From NCBI GenBank assembly GCA_000165345.1, contig CM000431.1, positions 608,001 to 672,000 of the forward strand: a stretch of DNA of 64,000 bases. Reading direction: 5' to 3'. The notes under the pieces were generated by a model, which was not told where the DNA came from, did not search any database, and was given only the letters and a program-made list of their open reading frames with translations. Made by a program: the position numbers and the translations under genes. Shown here one piece after another: positions 54,449-64,000 of this stretch. Positions within the stretch are counted from its first letter, which is position 1; the number at the start of each line of letters is the position of its first letter.

Positions 54449-57400
54449 ATGTCCACAGCATTGGAGTTGAACTCTCCATTTAGCAGTAAAGAGTTAAAAA
54501 GAGTATTTAGTATCGAATTTGGCGTCCTTTCACCCGAACTAATACGTAAGTATTCCGTACTCGAGATTAAAGTATCAGATATTTATGAAAATGGAAGACC
54601 TAAATCAGGTGGGCTTAACGACCCATTGTTGGGCACAACAGACTATCATATTCTTTGCGAAACTTGTCATATGGATATAAAAACATGTCCTGGCCACTTT
54701 GCGCATATTGAGCTTGGAAAGCCCATGTTTCATATCGGATTTATTACTACAGTACTTAAGCTTCTCAGATGCGTGTGCTATGCATGCTCTAAGTTATTCG
54801 TTGATACATTAGATCCCAAGTTTAAACAAATAAAACGCATTAAGAATCCAAGACTTAGATTGAAGAAAATTCTAGAAATGAGAAGCTCTTCATCCAGATG
54901 TATAATTTCTAGTGATGGTTCTGGATGCGGGTTTGTCCAACCAACCTATTCGAAAGAAGGATATAATTTGTATATTAATCAAAATCAAGATGAAAACAGA
55001 ATTATTGACGATGAAAGTGTTGATTCGAAGAGGTTGCTAGCCGCAGAAGAGGTACTTACAATTTTTAAAAGGATATCTCACGATGACATGAAGATTCTTG
55101 GATTTGATCCTGTAAAATGTAATCCTTCTTGGTTTATTAATACGGTAATACCGATTCCTCCTCCAGCTGTTAGACCATACGTTCAATTCGGAAGCGATCG
55201 GAGCGAAGATGATTTGACTTTAAAACTACAACAAATAATCAAGTTGAATGAAAATCTTAAAAAACAGATTCGTATTGGGTCTCCTGAACATATTATTAGT
55301 GAAATGTCAACTGTACTTCAATATCATTTAATTACACTTATTAATAACGACTTACCTGGTTTGCCTCAATCTAGAACAAGGAGTAACAGGCCAATCAAAT
55401 CTCTCAGAGCACGTCTAAAAGGCAAGGATGGTCGCATACGCGGTAACTTAATGGGTAAAAGGGTAGATTTCTCTGCAAGAACAGTAATAACAGGCGATCC
55501 TAACTTAGCTGTCGACCAAGTTGGAGTTCCATATTCTATTGCTATGACACTTACTTATCCTGAAGTTGTTACACCATATAATATAGAAGAGCTAAAGGAG
55601 TTGGTGCAAAGAGGACCGCATGAATGGCCAGGAGCAACTAGTATTATTCAGGAGGACGGAACAAAGGTTGACCTAAGGTTTTCAAATACCTCAAATAATT
55701 CGAATAATATTCTTCAATATGGATGGAAGGTTGAAAGGCATATGAAGAATGATGATCTAGTGCTCTTCAACAGGCAGCCTAGTCTACATAAGATGAGTAT
55801 TATGGGTCATCGTGTAAAAATTTTACCTTATTCTACATTTAGACTTAATCTTTCGGTAACTTCGCCATATAATGCAGACTTTGATGGAGATGAAATGAAC
55901 CTTCACCTGGCGCAATCGCATGAGACCCGATCTGAAATCAAAAACTTGATGATGGTTCCGAGACAAATAGTTTCTCCTCAAGGTAACAAACCCGTAATAG
56001 GCATAGTTCAGGATTCATTACTTGGAATTTTTCTTCTAACGAGAAAATCAACCTTTTTAACTAGAGATAAATTTTTACAGCTCTTATTATGTATTCCTTA
56101 TTGGAACGGAAACATCCCTCCTCCTGCAATACTTAGGCCTCAGCCTTTATGGACTGGGAAACAGATTATTACAGTGCTACTTGCATTTACAACAGACTTG
56201 GGTGAGCCAATTGAATTGAATTTAATGCGAGATGGTAGTATTGTATCGATTAAGCAATCTAATAACTCTTCTAATACAGATAAAGATGATTCTAAAGAAG
56301 CTATAGTTAACAATCCTTGGATATCAGAGCTGGATAATCAAGTAATAATCCAGAAGGGAGAGCATATTTGCGGAGTACTCACAAAAAAAATTGCAGGGTC
56401 TTCTTCAGGTTCACTAATTCACATTTTATGGAATGAAATTGGCCCAGAAAAAACTGGATTGTTTTTGACGTATACTCAGATGGTAGTTAATACATGGCTT
56501 CTTGAGCACGGCTTCACTGTAGGATGTCAGGACATTCAACCACAAAATTATACCTTGGAAAAAATAATGAACTCTTTAGAAGGCTCAAAGTTACAAGTTC
56601 AACAAATTATCAGGCGCGCTCAGAAAGGTAAACTTGATTGTCAGCCAGGTAAGAGCCTAATTGAATCTTTTGAGGCTCAAGTTAATCAGGAATTGAATAG
56701 TGCGCGTGAGTTGTCTGGTACGATTGCAACTGAGAACCTCGATTCTTCTAAAAACAATATTGTTGCAATGGTCCAATGTGGAAGCAAAGGGTCAACTATA
56801 AATATTTCACAGATTATGGCATGCGTTGGGCAGCAAAATGTCGAAGGTAAACGTATTCCATTTGGGTTTAGGGATAGAAGCTTGCCACATTTTTTGAAAT
56901 ATGATTATGGGCCTGAAAGTCGTGGTTTTGTTTCGAACTCATATCTTTCAGGTCTTACACCCCAGGAAGTTTTTTTTCATGCTATGGGAGGCAGAGAAGG
57001 AATCATTGATACTGCTTGTAAAACTTCAGAAACAGGGTATATACAAAGAAGGCTAATAAAGGCAATGGAAGATTGTATGGTACAGTATGATAGAACTGTT
57101 AGGAATAGTAATGGCGACATTATTCAATTTCTTTATGGAGAAGATGGAATGGCAGGAGAGTTTATTGAGGACCAAGTTATCGAACTACTACAGATGGAGG
57201 CAGCAGTGTTCCAGCACAAGTATCGTCACAATCTTGAACATCCGAGATGGGGTTCTAGCTGGGCTGGTGTCCAACCTTCCTTGATAAAAAATCTACAATT
57301 TGATCTAGAATCTCAGAATATACTGAACTCCGAGTATAAACAACTTGTAACAGACCGCGAGCAGCTTGGGAAAGACATTTTCCCAGATGGTGAAACAAGA

Positions 57401-60136
57401 CAACATCTTCCGATTAATATCAATAGAATAATTCAAATGGCTCAACAAAAGTTTCCACAAAGGGTAAGTGATACGTCATCGAGCAAGGATTGGGGGCCAG
57501 TTTACATCATAAAAAAGGTTGAATCATTGCTTGATAAACTATTGCTTTGGAAGAACGTCGGGATTATCAATGATGAAGGCAATAAATCTAATTTTGTATT
57601 TGATAGTATTATTGCTGAAGTTCAAAAGAATGCCACAACTTTGCTAGGGATACATATTAGAAGCTCTTTAGCTAGTAAAAAAATATTAGAGGTTGATAGG
57701 CTTGGACCAACTGCATTTGAGTGGATACTTGGGGAAATTGAACATCAGTTTTATAGAAGTCTTGCACACTCCGGTGAGATGGTTGGCACTATAGCAGCAC
57801 AGTCAATTGGAGAACCTGCAACGCAAATGACATTAAATACCTTCCACTTTGCTGGTGTGGGCTCAAAAAATGTAACTCTCGGTGTTCCAAGGCTGAGAGA
57901 GCTAATTAATGTTGCAAAAAATGTTAGAACACCAACCTTAACTGTTTATCTTGAAAGCGGGATTGCAAACGACCAAGAACAGGCAAAAGATGTATTAACA
58001 TTATTAGAACATACGATGCTACAAAACATTACGACTATTGCGCACATTTTATATGACCCAGAACAAGACAAGACTATTGTCGAAGCAGATAAGAGTTGGG
58101 TTAGTGATTATTATGAATTTCCGGATGATGCGGATATTACAAGCAGACTTGGTACTTGGCTATTAAGAATTCAGTTGAATAACAAGCTTGTTACTGACAA
58201 AAAACTGTCAATGAAAGAAATTGGTGACAAAATTTTAATGGAATTTAGTAAAGATGAGTTGGATTGTATTTGGACTGACGATAACTCAGATGAGCTTGTA
58301 TTAAGACTCCGAATTAAAAACATTGAACCTACCAATAATATTCGCGATAATATACATTCTTCTGAAGAAAACGACTCGATTTCTCCCTCAATTACGTCAG
58401 GAGTTGAAGAGCATAAATTCCTGGAAAAACTAATGACGGAATGTCTTTCTCAAATTACCCTTAGAGGGATAAACAATATTAAGAAGGTTTATATGAAAGA
58501 GGAACAGGTTTCTAGATATGATAGTGTTAGTCAGAAAATGGTGAGAGACAACCAATGGGTGCTTGACACAGATGGGTGTAATCTTGAAGCAGTGCTTTGC
58601 CACACAGCAATAGATAGTACAAGAACAATCTCAAACGATATAACTGAAGTCTTTAGTGTATTAGGGATCGAAGCCGTAAGAAGAGCTCTTCTTAGAGAGT
58701 TGAGAACAGTAATTTCATTTGATGGAAGTTATGTAAACTATAGGCACTTAGCACTACTCTGCGATAATATGACTCAAAAGGGCCACTTAATGAGTATAAC
58801 AAGACATGGTATCAATAGAGTTGATAAGGGCCCGCTTCAAAAGTGCAGTTTTGAAGAGACAGTTGAAGTCTTAATGGATGCTGCTATGTTTGGAGAAACT
58901 GATTATCTTAATGGCGTAAGCGAAAATGTTATGCTTGGGCAGCTTGCTCCATATGGAACTGCATGCTTTGACGTCCTAATTGACCCTGATAAACTTAGGG
59001 ATACTGCTACTCATCTTGAAATTCATGGAGAATTTGCCAAACTCGGGAAATTCTCTACGCTTTCTCAAACAACAAGATCTTATTCCGACAGCGGGGCATT
59101 TGAATCGGATTCTTTTGAATCTCCAATGTCGCCTCTTTCTCCAATGTCTCCGCTTTACCAATCTTATGAACCAATGTCCCCTATGATTTCTGGTCAATTT
59201 TCTCCTGTTCAAATGACTCCAAGATCGCCAATGAGTCCAGTTTCACCAGGAGGGATATTCAGCCCAGTTCCATATTCTCCTATGAGTCCATCCTCACCAC
59301 TTATGGATTACACACCAACTTCTCCCATCTATGCAGCAAGTAGCCCAACATACAATACAGAGGTTTCTGAAAGGGCTAGAAAAAAGTATAAGGTTAACAA
59401 TACACTTAGCTCATACTCACCATCTTCACCATTAAATTCAGACAACAAAATAAGTAACATAAGTCCAGATTTATCACCAACATCACCGCATTATTCACCA
59501 ACATCTCCACATTATTCACCAACATCTCCACATTATTCACCAACATCACCACACTATTCACCAACATCACCACATTATTCACCAACGTCACCACATTATT
59601 CACCAACGTCACCACATTATTCACCAACGTCACCACATTATTCACCAACATCACCACATTATTCACCAACATCTCCACATTATTCTCCAACATCACCACA
59701 TTATTCGCCAACATCTCCACATTATTCTCCAACATCGCCTCACTACTCTCCTACCTCGCCACATTATTCACCAACATCACCGCATTACTCTCCAACATCA
59801 CCACACTATTCTCCATCATCACCGCATTATTCTCCAACTTCGCCTCAATACTCACCCACATCACCCAACTACAACCCCGCATCGCCAAATTATTCTCCCA
59901 CCTCACACTACTCTCCTACCTCGCCAAATTACAATCCTACCTCTCCGAATTATTCTCCATCTTCACCCAATTATATTTCAAATAACTCTGGCTCTCCTGG
60001 GTACTCGCCATCGTCACCTCAATATGATCCTATAGCGGTTGCTTCAGTCCCTAGATCTCCATCGTATTCTGTTGGAAAAATGGTAGACGCTGAATATTCA
60101 CCGTCTTCCCCTCTAGACGAAACAAAGAATTCATAA
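54449..60136 (+). CDS. RPB1: DNA-directed RNA polymerase II largest subunit (RPB1) with a heptad-repeat CTD.
   Basis: The 1895-aa ORF has the zinc motif CETCHMDIKTCPGHFAHIEL, the catalytic NADFDGDEMNLH, trigger-loop and bridge-helix regions, and a CTD of about 24 YSPTSPH heptads decaying into YSPTSPN/YNPTSPNYSPSSP. Confidence 0.95.
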   Translation: MSTALELNSPFSSKELKRVFSIEFGVLSPELIRKYSVLEIKVSDIYENGRPKSGGLNDPLLGTTDYHILCETCHMDIKTCPGHFAHIELGKPMFHIGFITTVLKLLRCVCYACSKLFVDTLDPKFKQIKRIKNPRLRLKKILEMRSSSSRCIISSDGSGCGFVQPTYSKEGYNLYINQNQDENRIIDDESVDSKRLLAAEEVLTIFKRISHDDMKILGFDPVKCNPSWFINTVIPIPPPAVRPYVQFGSDRSEDDLTLKLQQIIKLNENLKKQIRIGSPEHIISEMSTVLQYHLITLINNDLPGLPQSRTRSNRPIKSLRARLKGKDGRIRGNLMGKRVDFSARTVITGDPNLAVDQVGVPYSIAMTLTYPEVVTPYNIEELKELVQRGPHEWPGATSIIQEDGTKVDLRFSNTSNNSNNILQYGWKVERHMKNDDLVLFNRQPSLHKMSIMGHRVKILPYSTFRLNLSVTSPYNADFDGDEMNLHLAQSHETRSEIKNLMMVPRQIVSPQGNKPVIGIVQDSLLGIFLLTRKSTFLTRDKFLQLLLCIPYWNGNIPPPAILRPQPLWTGKQIITVLLAFTTDLGEPIELNLMRDGSIVSIKQSNNSSNTDKDDSKEAIVNNPWISELDNQVIIQKGEHICGVLTKKIAGSSSGSLIHILWNEIGPEKTGLFLTYTQMVVNTWLLEHGFTVGCQDIQPQNYTLEKIMNSLEGSKLQVQQIIRRAQKGKLDCQPGKSLIESFEAQVNQELNSARELSGTIATENLDSSKNNIVAMVQCGSKGSTINISQIMACVGQQNVEGKRIPFGFRDRSLPHFLKYDYGPESRGFVSNSYLSGLTPQEVFFHAMGGREGIIDTACKTSETGYIQRRLIKAMEDCMVQYDRTVRNSNGDIIQFLYGEDGMAGEFIEDQVIELLQMEAAVFQHKYRHNLEHPRWGSSWAGVQPSLIKNLQFDLESQNILNSEYKQLVTDREQLGKDIFPDGETRQHLPININRIIQMAQQKFPQRVSDTSSSKDWGPVYIIKKVESLLDKLLLWKNVGIINDEGNKSNFVFDSIIAEVQKNATTLLGIHIRSSLASKKILEVDRLGPTAFEWILGEIEHQFYRSLAHSGEMVGTIAAQSIGEPATQMTLNTFHFAGVGSKNVTLGVPRLRELINVAKNVRTPTLTVYLESGIANDQEQAKDVLTLLEHTMLQNITTIAHILYDPEQDKTIVEADKSWVSDYYEFPDDADITSRLGTWLLRIQLNNKLVTDKKLSMKEIGDKILMEFSKDELDCIWTDDNSDELVLRLRIKNIEPTNNIRDNIHSSEENDSISPSITSGVEEHKFLEKLMTECLSQITLRGINNIKKVYMKEEQVSRYDSVSQKMVRDNQWVLDTDGCNLEAVLCHTAIDSTRTISNDITEVFSVLGIEAVRRALLRELRTVISFDGSYVNYRHLALLCDNMTQKGHLMSITRHGINRVDKGPLQKCSFEETVEVLMDAAMFGETDYLNGVSENVMLGQLAPYGTACFDVLIDPDKLRDTATHLEIHGEFAKLGKFSTLSQTTRSYSDSGAFESDSFESPMSPLSPMSPLYQSYEPMSPMISGQFSPVQMTPRSPMSPVSPGGIFSPVPYSPMSPSSPLMDYTPTSPIYAASSPTYNTEVSERARKKYKVNNTLSSYSPSSPLNSDNKISNISPDLSPTSPHYSPTSPHYSPTSPHYSPTSPHYSPTSPHYSPTSPHYSPTSPHYSPTSPHYSPTSPHYSPTSPHYSPTSPHYSPTSPHYSPTSPHYSPTSPHYSPTSPHYSPTSPHYSPSSPHYSPTSPQYSPTSPNYNPASPNYSPTSHYSPTSPNYNPTSPNYSPSSPNYISNNSGSPGYSPSSPQYDPIAVASVPRSPSYSVGKMVDAEYSPSSPLDETKNS
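59470..60010 (+). repeat. 21-bp tandem coding repeats that encode the RPB1 CTD heptads.
   Basis: Repeats of ACATC(A/T)CC(A/G)CA(T/C)TATTC(A/T)CCA. They produce a spurious antisense ORF, 59406..59735 (-), consisting of VVMLVNN repeats. Confidence 0.8.
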
Positions 60137-60173
60137 ATTACGAAGTAATATATAATTAGGAAACTATAAGTAG

Positions 60174-62945
60174 CTAAGAAATTAATAATTTATTTTCTTG
60201 AATAATATGTTCCGTTATCCATGCTCTTTGACTAGTATTAATAATTTTTTTTTGAACAGCTTGCTCTAAAGCATTTTGAACTGAGAGCGATACTGTATTT
60301 TCAATTTTCTCCGAACAAATAACTGGAATTTTCCCAGATTGTTCAATTATGAGTTTGCATTTGTTTATTATTCTAGGCTCTCCGTCAACTTGAAAAGGGA
60401 GTTGTCTAGGAATATATACGACTATATGGCTACCTTGGCACAACTTAATTGGCTCTGTGAGCCCAACTTGTAGTTGGGTTAAATGAAAAAGAGATCTAAT
60501 ACCTACAACTTCTATTAGCCCATCATCAATCTTTTGCAACTGGAACTTATTAATTCCAAACTTAGTGGGCTCATCATTTATTTCTAAGTTATTTAATTTG
60601 GGGGACAAAGATAACCCTTGTTTAAAGGCTTTAGAAAACCATGATTTGAGTAAATTAGTCGATCTCTTCCTTCCTTCTCTCAATTCTAATCGAGTATTAT
60701 CTGTTTCATCGCATTCTGAAAATTCTGAATTCGAGCAAGATAAGTATCCAGAATTCTTGAAATTATCTATTGAAAATGACATTGATCTATCTGACAAGCC
60801 TTTCCCCATTTTTCTGCTAGTTAAAGTGGTAGTCCTTCTAATTGTATTGGTATCTCTATTTTTGCGTGGTTTTTTAAAAAATTGATTTGAAATTTTCCAA
60901 AGATTTACTCCGCCTGAAAAACTAGGAATATTACAAATAATGAGGCCTTCAAGCCTATTTTCTCTTGAATTAAAATTATTATGAATTTCAGTGATAGATT
61001 TATTATTTACTTTATTTTTAATGGAGTTCCCAAGCCCAAAAATGTCTGCAGCTGGAATTAAGAACCAATTAATATATTTTTTAATAATAAAATTATAAAT
61101 ATTCATTAAATGATGATATCCTTGAAAATAATCGTCATTTATTGATCTGTTTCCTAGTAAGTTTATGGACTCTTCGCTTTTGCTTGAAAAAGACCCTCCT
61201 ACTTGATTTGAAATAGAAACCTCCTTTCCATCACAAAGTATTTTTAAACCATCTAATTGAATGCTTTTGTTAAAGAAATCTCTAAATCCTACTTCACCAT
61301 AAACTAGTTGGTTTCCAAGCCTGCTTTTGAAGTGTTGAGGATATGCTTCTCTTAAGTTATGGAACTTTAATGCAATTCGCGCAGCAATACCAATATCTAA
61401 ATAGTTGATAAATGTAGATGAGAACAACATATTGTGATTATCATGAGTATTATTAGAATCTCCATTTTTTAAATCCCATGCAGTACATTTCCAAATATCC
61501 ATTTGCTTAATATTCGAAGTGCATATTCTTTTTAAAAAGTTCAGAATGTCACCGTTAAACGTAACATCCCATCCCAATGTTCTGCTGAGATCATTTCCAG
61601 TCCCTAATGGAAGGACTGCAATAGGAGGGAGACTATTTGAATTTACTCCATAAATTTCTCTGCATCTATCTATTACCCATCTTACTGTTCCGTCCCCTCC
61701 ACATATAAGAATCATCAATTTTTTCATTTTTGCAAGATGCTTGAATAAATATAATGCTTCATCTGGGCCTTTTGAGCTTTGAATATCAACTACTTGAATT
61801 GGATTTAAATAAATATGTAGATTTTTTATTAATCCTTGTCCAAGGTGTCCGCCTGACTTTGTGTTTACAAATACAAGTAAAGGCTTTCCTGAATTAGTAT
61901 ATAAAAAGTCATCAAAAAACTTTAATTTTTTTTTAATTAAATTAGATTTATGGAACATCTGTATATAATGAGAAATACTTCTTTTACTTGGAGAAGATGT
62001 TAAGTTAGTTTTAATAACATCGGTGGGATTAGTATCCAAATTATTTGCTGAAACATTAATTAAACTATTTGGATTGAAAATATTTTTTTCCTCATTCTTT
62101 AAAGTAGAGAAGTTAGTACTTAGTGTTGAGTTGCCACTCTTTTCTAAGCTATGGAGTTCAAATACAAAAGAGTTTGGAGGTAAAATAATATACTTGAGCG
62201 TTCCAAAGTCGCACTGCTTCTGAGTAATTTTGTTATTCTCAGCGCATTCATCATGGTATGTTCGGTTACACCAAATGCACTTTTGTCCGTATAAGCCGAA
62301 TGGAGAGAAACAGACAGTTAGACAAATTGAACAAATAGCTCCAGAGTGTAAATTGCCTTTCATTAATACATGGCAATGAATTTTTTGTTGAGGAATTAAG
62401 CCATCTAAATTATTCGATTCATCATTATTTAAAAATGTTTTATTCTTAAATTGGATAAGTGAGCCACTTTTAATAAAATAATTCGATGAACATTCATCCT
62501 TGCAATATTCTGAGTCTGACTGCATTATACAGTGCATATGCGAAATCCGCTTACAAATCAAGCACTGCCAACCTTCATAGTTTCTCATTAATAAAAAGCG
62601 TTTTTTTATAATTCCAGAACACTTCGTACAATACTTAGGATATTCAGGAGTTTCATATAAAACCCAATTATGTCTCAATTTAATGTGCCTCAAAATACTG
62701 TTATTACTATTGTTCTTTTGTAAATAATATAATATAGCTATTGTTACAATTGAAGCAATTAATGTAGTAAATATGAGAAAATACCAATGGCCTGCTTTTA
62801 ATGCAGATATATGTCTTTTTATGATGTTTAGTGCGATTTTTATTACATTTGATGCTTCGCGGAATGGAATAAATTTATTTATAATTTCAATTACAAGTGA
62901 AAAGTAAGTTTCATATTTTGAGTAGGCTATCATTATTTTGAACAA
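60174..62945 (-). CDS. Diacylglycerol kinase with two C1 (phorbol-ester/DAG-type) zinc fingers and an N-terminal transmembrane segment.
   Basis: The 923-aa ORF has two C1 domains (H..........C..C..........C..C....H..C). The DAGKc domain has KPLLVFVNTKSGGHLG...LICGGDGTV...VLPLGTGNDLSRTLGW. The accessory domain has ...PSFSGGVNLW. Confidence 0.85.
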   Translation of the reverse strand: MFKIMIAYSKYETYFSLVIEIINKFIPFREASNVIKIALNIIKRHISALKAGHWYFLIFTTLIASIVTIAILYYLQKNNSNNSILRHIKLRHNWVLYETPEYPKYCTKCSGIIKKRFLLMRNYEGWQCLICKRISHMHCIMQSDSEYCKDECSSNYFIKSGSLIQFKNKTFLNNDESNNLDGLIPQQKIHCHVLMKGNLHSGAICSICLTVCFSPFGLYGQKCIWCNRTYHDECAENNKITQKQCDFGTLKYIILPPNSFVFELHSLEKSGNSTLSTNFSTLKNEEKNIFNPNSLINVSANNLDTNPTDVIKTNLTSSPSKRSISHYIQMFHKSNLIKKKLKFFDDFLYTNSGKPLLVFVNTKSGGHLGQGLIKNLHIYLNPIQVVDIQSSKGPDEALYLFKHLAKMKKLMILICGGDGTVRWVIDRCREIYGVNSNSLPPIAVLPLGTGNDLSRTLGWDVTFNGDILNFLKRICTSNIKQMDIWKCTAWDLKNGDSNNTHDNHNMLFSSTFINYLDIGIAARIALKFHNLREAYPQHFKSRLGNQLVYGEVGFRDFFNKSIQLDGLKILCDGKEVSISNQVGGSFSSKSEESINLLGNRSINDDYFQGYHHLMNIYNFIIKKYINWFLIPAADIFGLGNSIKNKVNNKSITEIHNNFNSRENRLEGLIICNIPSFSGGVNLWKISNQFFKKPRKNRDTNTIRRTTTLTSRKMGKGLSDRSMSFSIDNFKNSGYLSCSNSEFSECDETDNTRLELREGRKRSTNLLKSWFSKAFKQGLSLSPKLNNLEINDEPTKFGINKFQLQKIDDGLIEVVGIRSLFHLTQLQVGLTEPIKLCQGSHIVVYIPRQLPFQVDGEPRIINKCKLIIEQSGKIPVICSEKIENTVSLSVQNALEQAVQKKIINTSQRAWITEHIIQENKLLIS

Positions 62946-63334
62946 AAAAATGATATTTGATCCAAATAATAATATTAAGCTAAGCTAGTTAAAGAAAGTA
63001 AATCTCTTAGCTTTCATATTGTGCAAATTTTATAATTCAACTGGAGATGTGCGGTGTATGACTGTGGAGCGGTACAGAATTTTTTCAAACTTGCATTAAA
63101 AATTTAGGAATACTAAACAAAATTTAGATATTGACTAAATATAATAAAGCACTGTAATGAATAATAGCCTATAATTTTGCTAATTTCCATTATACTATTA
63201 ATTAATTATTATCGGGTTATTGTATTGTTTTTGCAATTAATGAAACATATTAATTTTGGATCTTGTTGTTGTATGGCGCCTTATTGTCATTTATGACTTT
63301 TGAAAAATATCATTTAAATAATTTATAGAAAAAA

Positions 63335-64000
63335 TGAAATATTTATATTCAAGCGATAATTTTGGTACGATTAAAGAATATAAAACTACCAAGTTTCTTA
63401 ATTCAGATTGTTCGTTTATCGATTCAATAGTCGAATACTCAAATGAGTCTATGAAAAAAATTACATATATTTATGCAGAAAAAAAGCTTAATTCGAATGA
63501 AGAAAGTCAACCAAAGGATGATATGTTCATTGGTTATTCTGATGGTACAATAAATGTAATTTCAATTCCACTTAAAAGTCAATCAGATATTCCAAAAATT
63601 ACATTTTTGGTCAATGGCAAGGTAATTTTTATAAAAGATATAACTTTTAATTATCCAAATGAGTCAGAAAAAGGAAATAAAGTAATTATAGTAGTAACTG
63701 AGTCTAGAAAATTATACTTATTTAGGCTGCCACAAATTAATAAAGAGAATCCATATTTTCAATCAACAATTAACTTCAATGTTTGTAATGAAAACGCTTG
63801 TCTAACTAATCCTGATTTGATTATTGAAACATTTGATCTCCCATGTAATGATCTAAAATGTGTTGCATATAATAAAACAAAAAATTCAATTGCATTTGGT
63901 GGTTACGAGTCAGATATTAAGATGATGAATTTAGAGAGTATGAAGTTAACTTGGAGTTCAAAGAATATACAACTTAAAATGCTTAAGAATAGAATGCCAA
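63335..64000 (+). CDS. Hypothetical protein, 5' part of the CDS; the ORF runs off the window end.
   Basis: From the ATG at 63335 the frame stays open to position 64000 (MKYLYSSDNFGTIKEYK...FGGYESDIKMMNLESMKLTWSSKN...). It may be a beta-propeller, but no family is assigned. Confidence 0.35.

Noticed and set aside
59406-59735. 109-aa antisense ORF of VVMLVNN repeats inside the RPB1 CTD.
   Set aside because: It is an artifact of the 21-bp coding tandem repeat read on the opposite strand; the sense frame is the conserved RPB1.
59470-60010. A regular 21-bp repeat array that could superficially be mistaken for CRISPR or a minisatellite.
   Set aside because: It has no spacers and the repeats are contiguous and in frame. 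They encode YSPTSPH heptads inside a long ORF, so this is the Pol II CTD.

Overview
This window is AT-rich eukaryotic nuclear DNA, roughly 30% GC by eye, with genes packed on both strands. I can support about 40 protein-coding genes plus one tRNA in 64 kb. Intergenic spacers are often under 300 bp and sometimes under 100 bp. Most genes are housekeeping, with functions in transcription, splicing, nuclear pores, the proteasome, lipid and GPI metabolism, and trafficking. Several large genes are single uninterrupted ORFs: RPB1 (1895 aa), Nup98-96 (1805 aa), UFD2 (1041 aa) and a cyclic-nucleotide phosphodiesterase (997 aa). A subset of mostly short genes is invisible or fragmented in the six-frame ORF track. 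These genes carry very short spliceosomal introns; I count 19, all 41-50 nt, with GTAAGT-like donors and YAG acceptors. By hand-splicing I reconstructed eight such genes: SF3B6/p14, GPI-transamidase GAA1, an RRP15-like protein, 3-ketoacyl-CoA reductase, PP4R3, COQ2, an RNA-polymerase zinc-ribbon subunit, and one hypothetical protein. Two features suggest an alveolate or apicomplexan-like protist, Cryptosporidium-like in its compactness and intron poverty: the PDE has an N-terminal multi-pass membrane domain, and a C1-domain diacylglycerol kinase is present, which rules against fungi. That taxonomic placement is an inference I cannot confirm without a database search. I found no CRISPR array, no prokaryotic operons, no mobile elements and no rRNA. 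I see nothing that justifies calling a novel system here; the most interesting signals are the micro-intron gene class, the Nup98-96 autoproteolytic site, and an RPB1 CTD built from YSPTSPH heptads.
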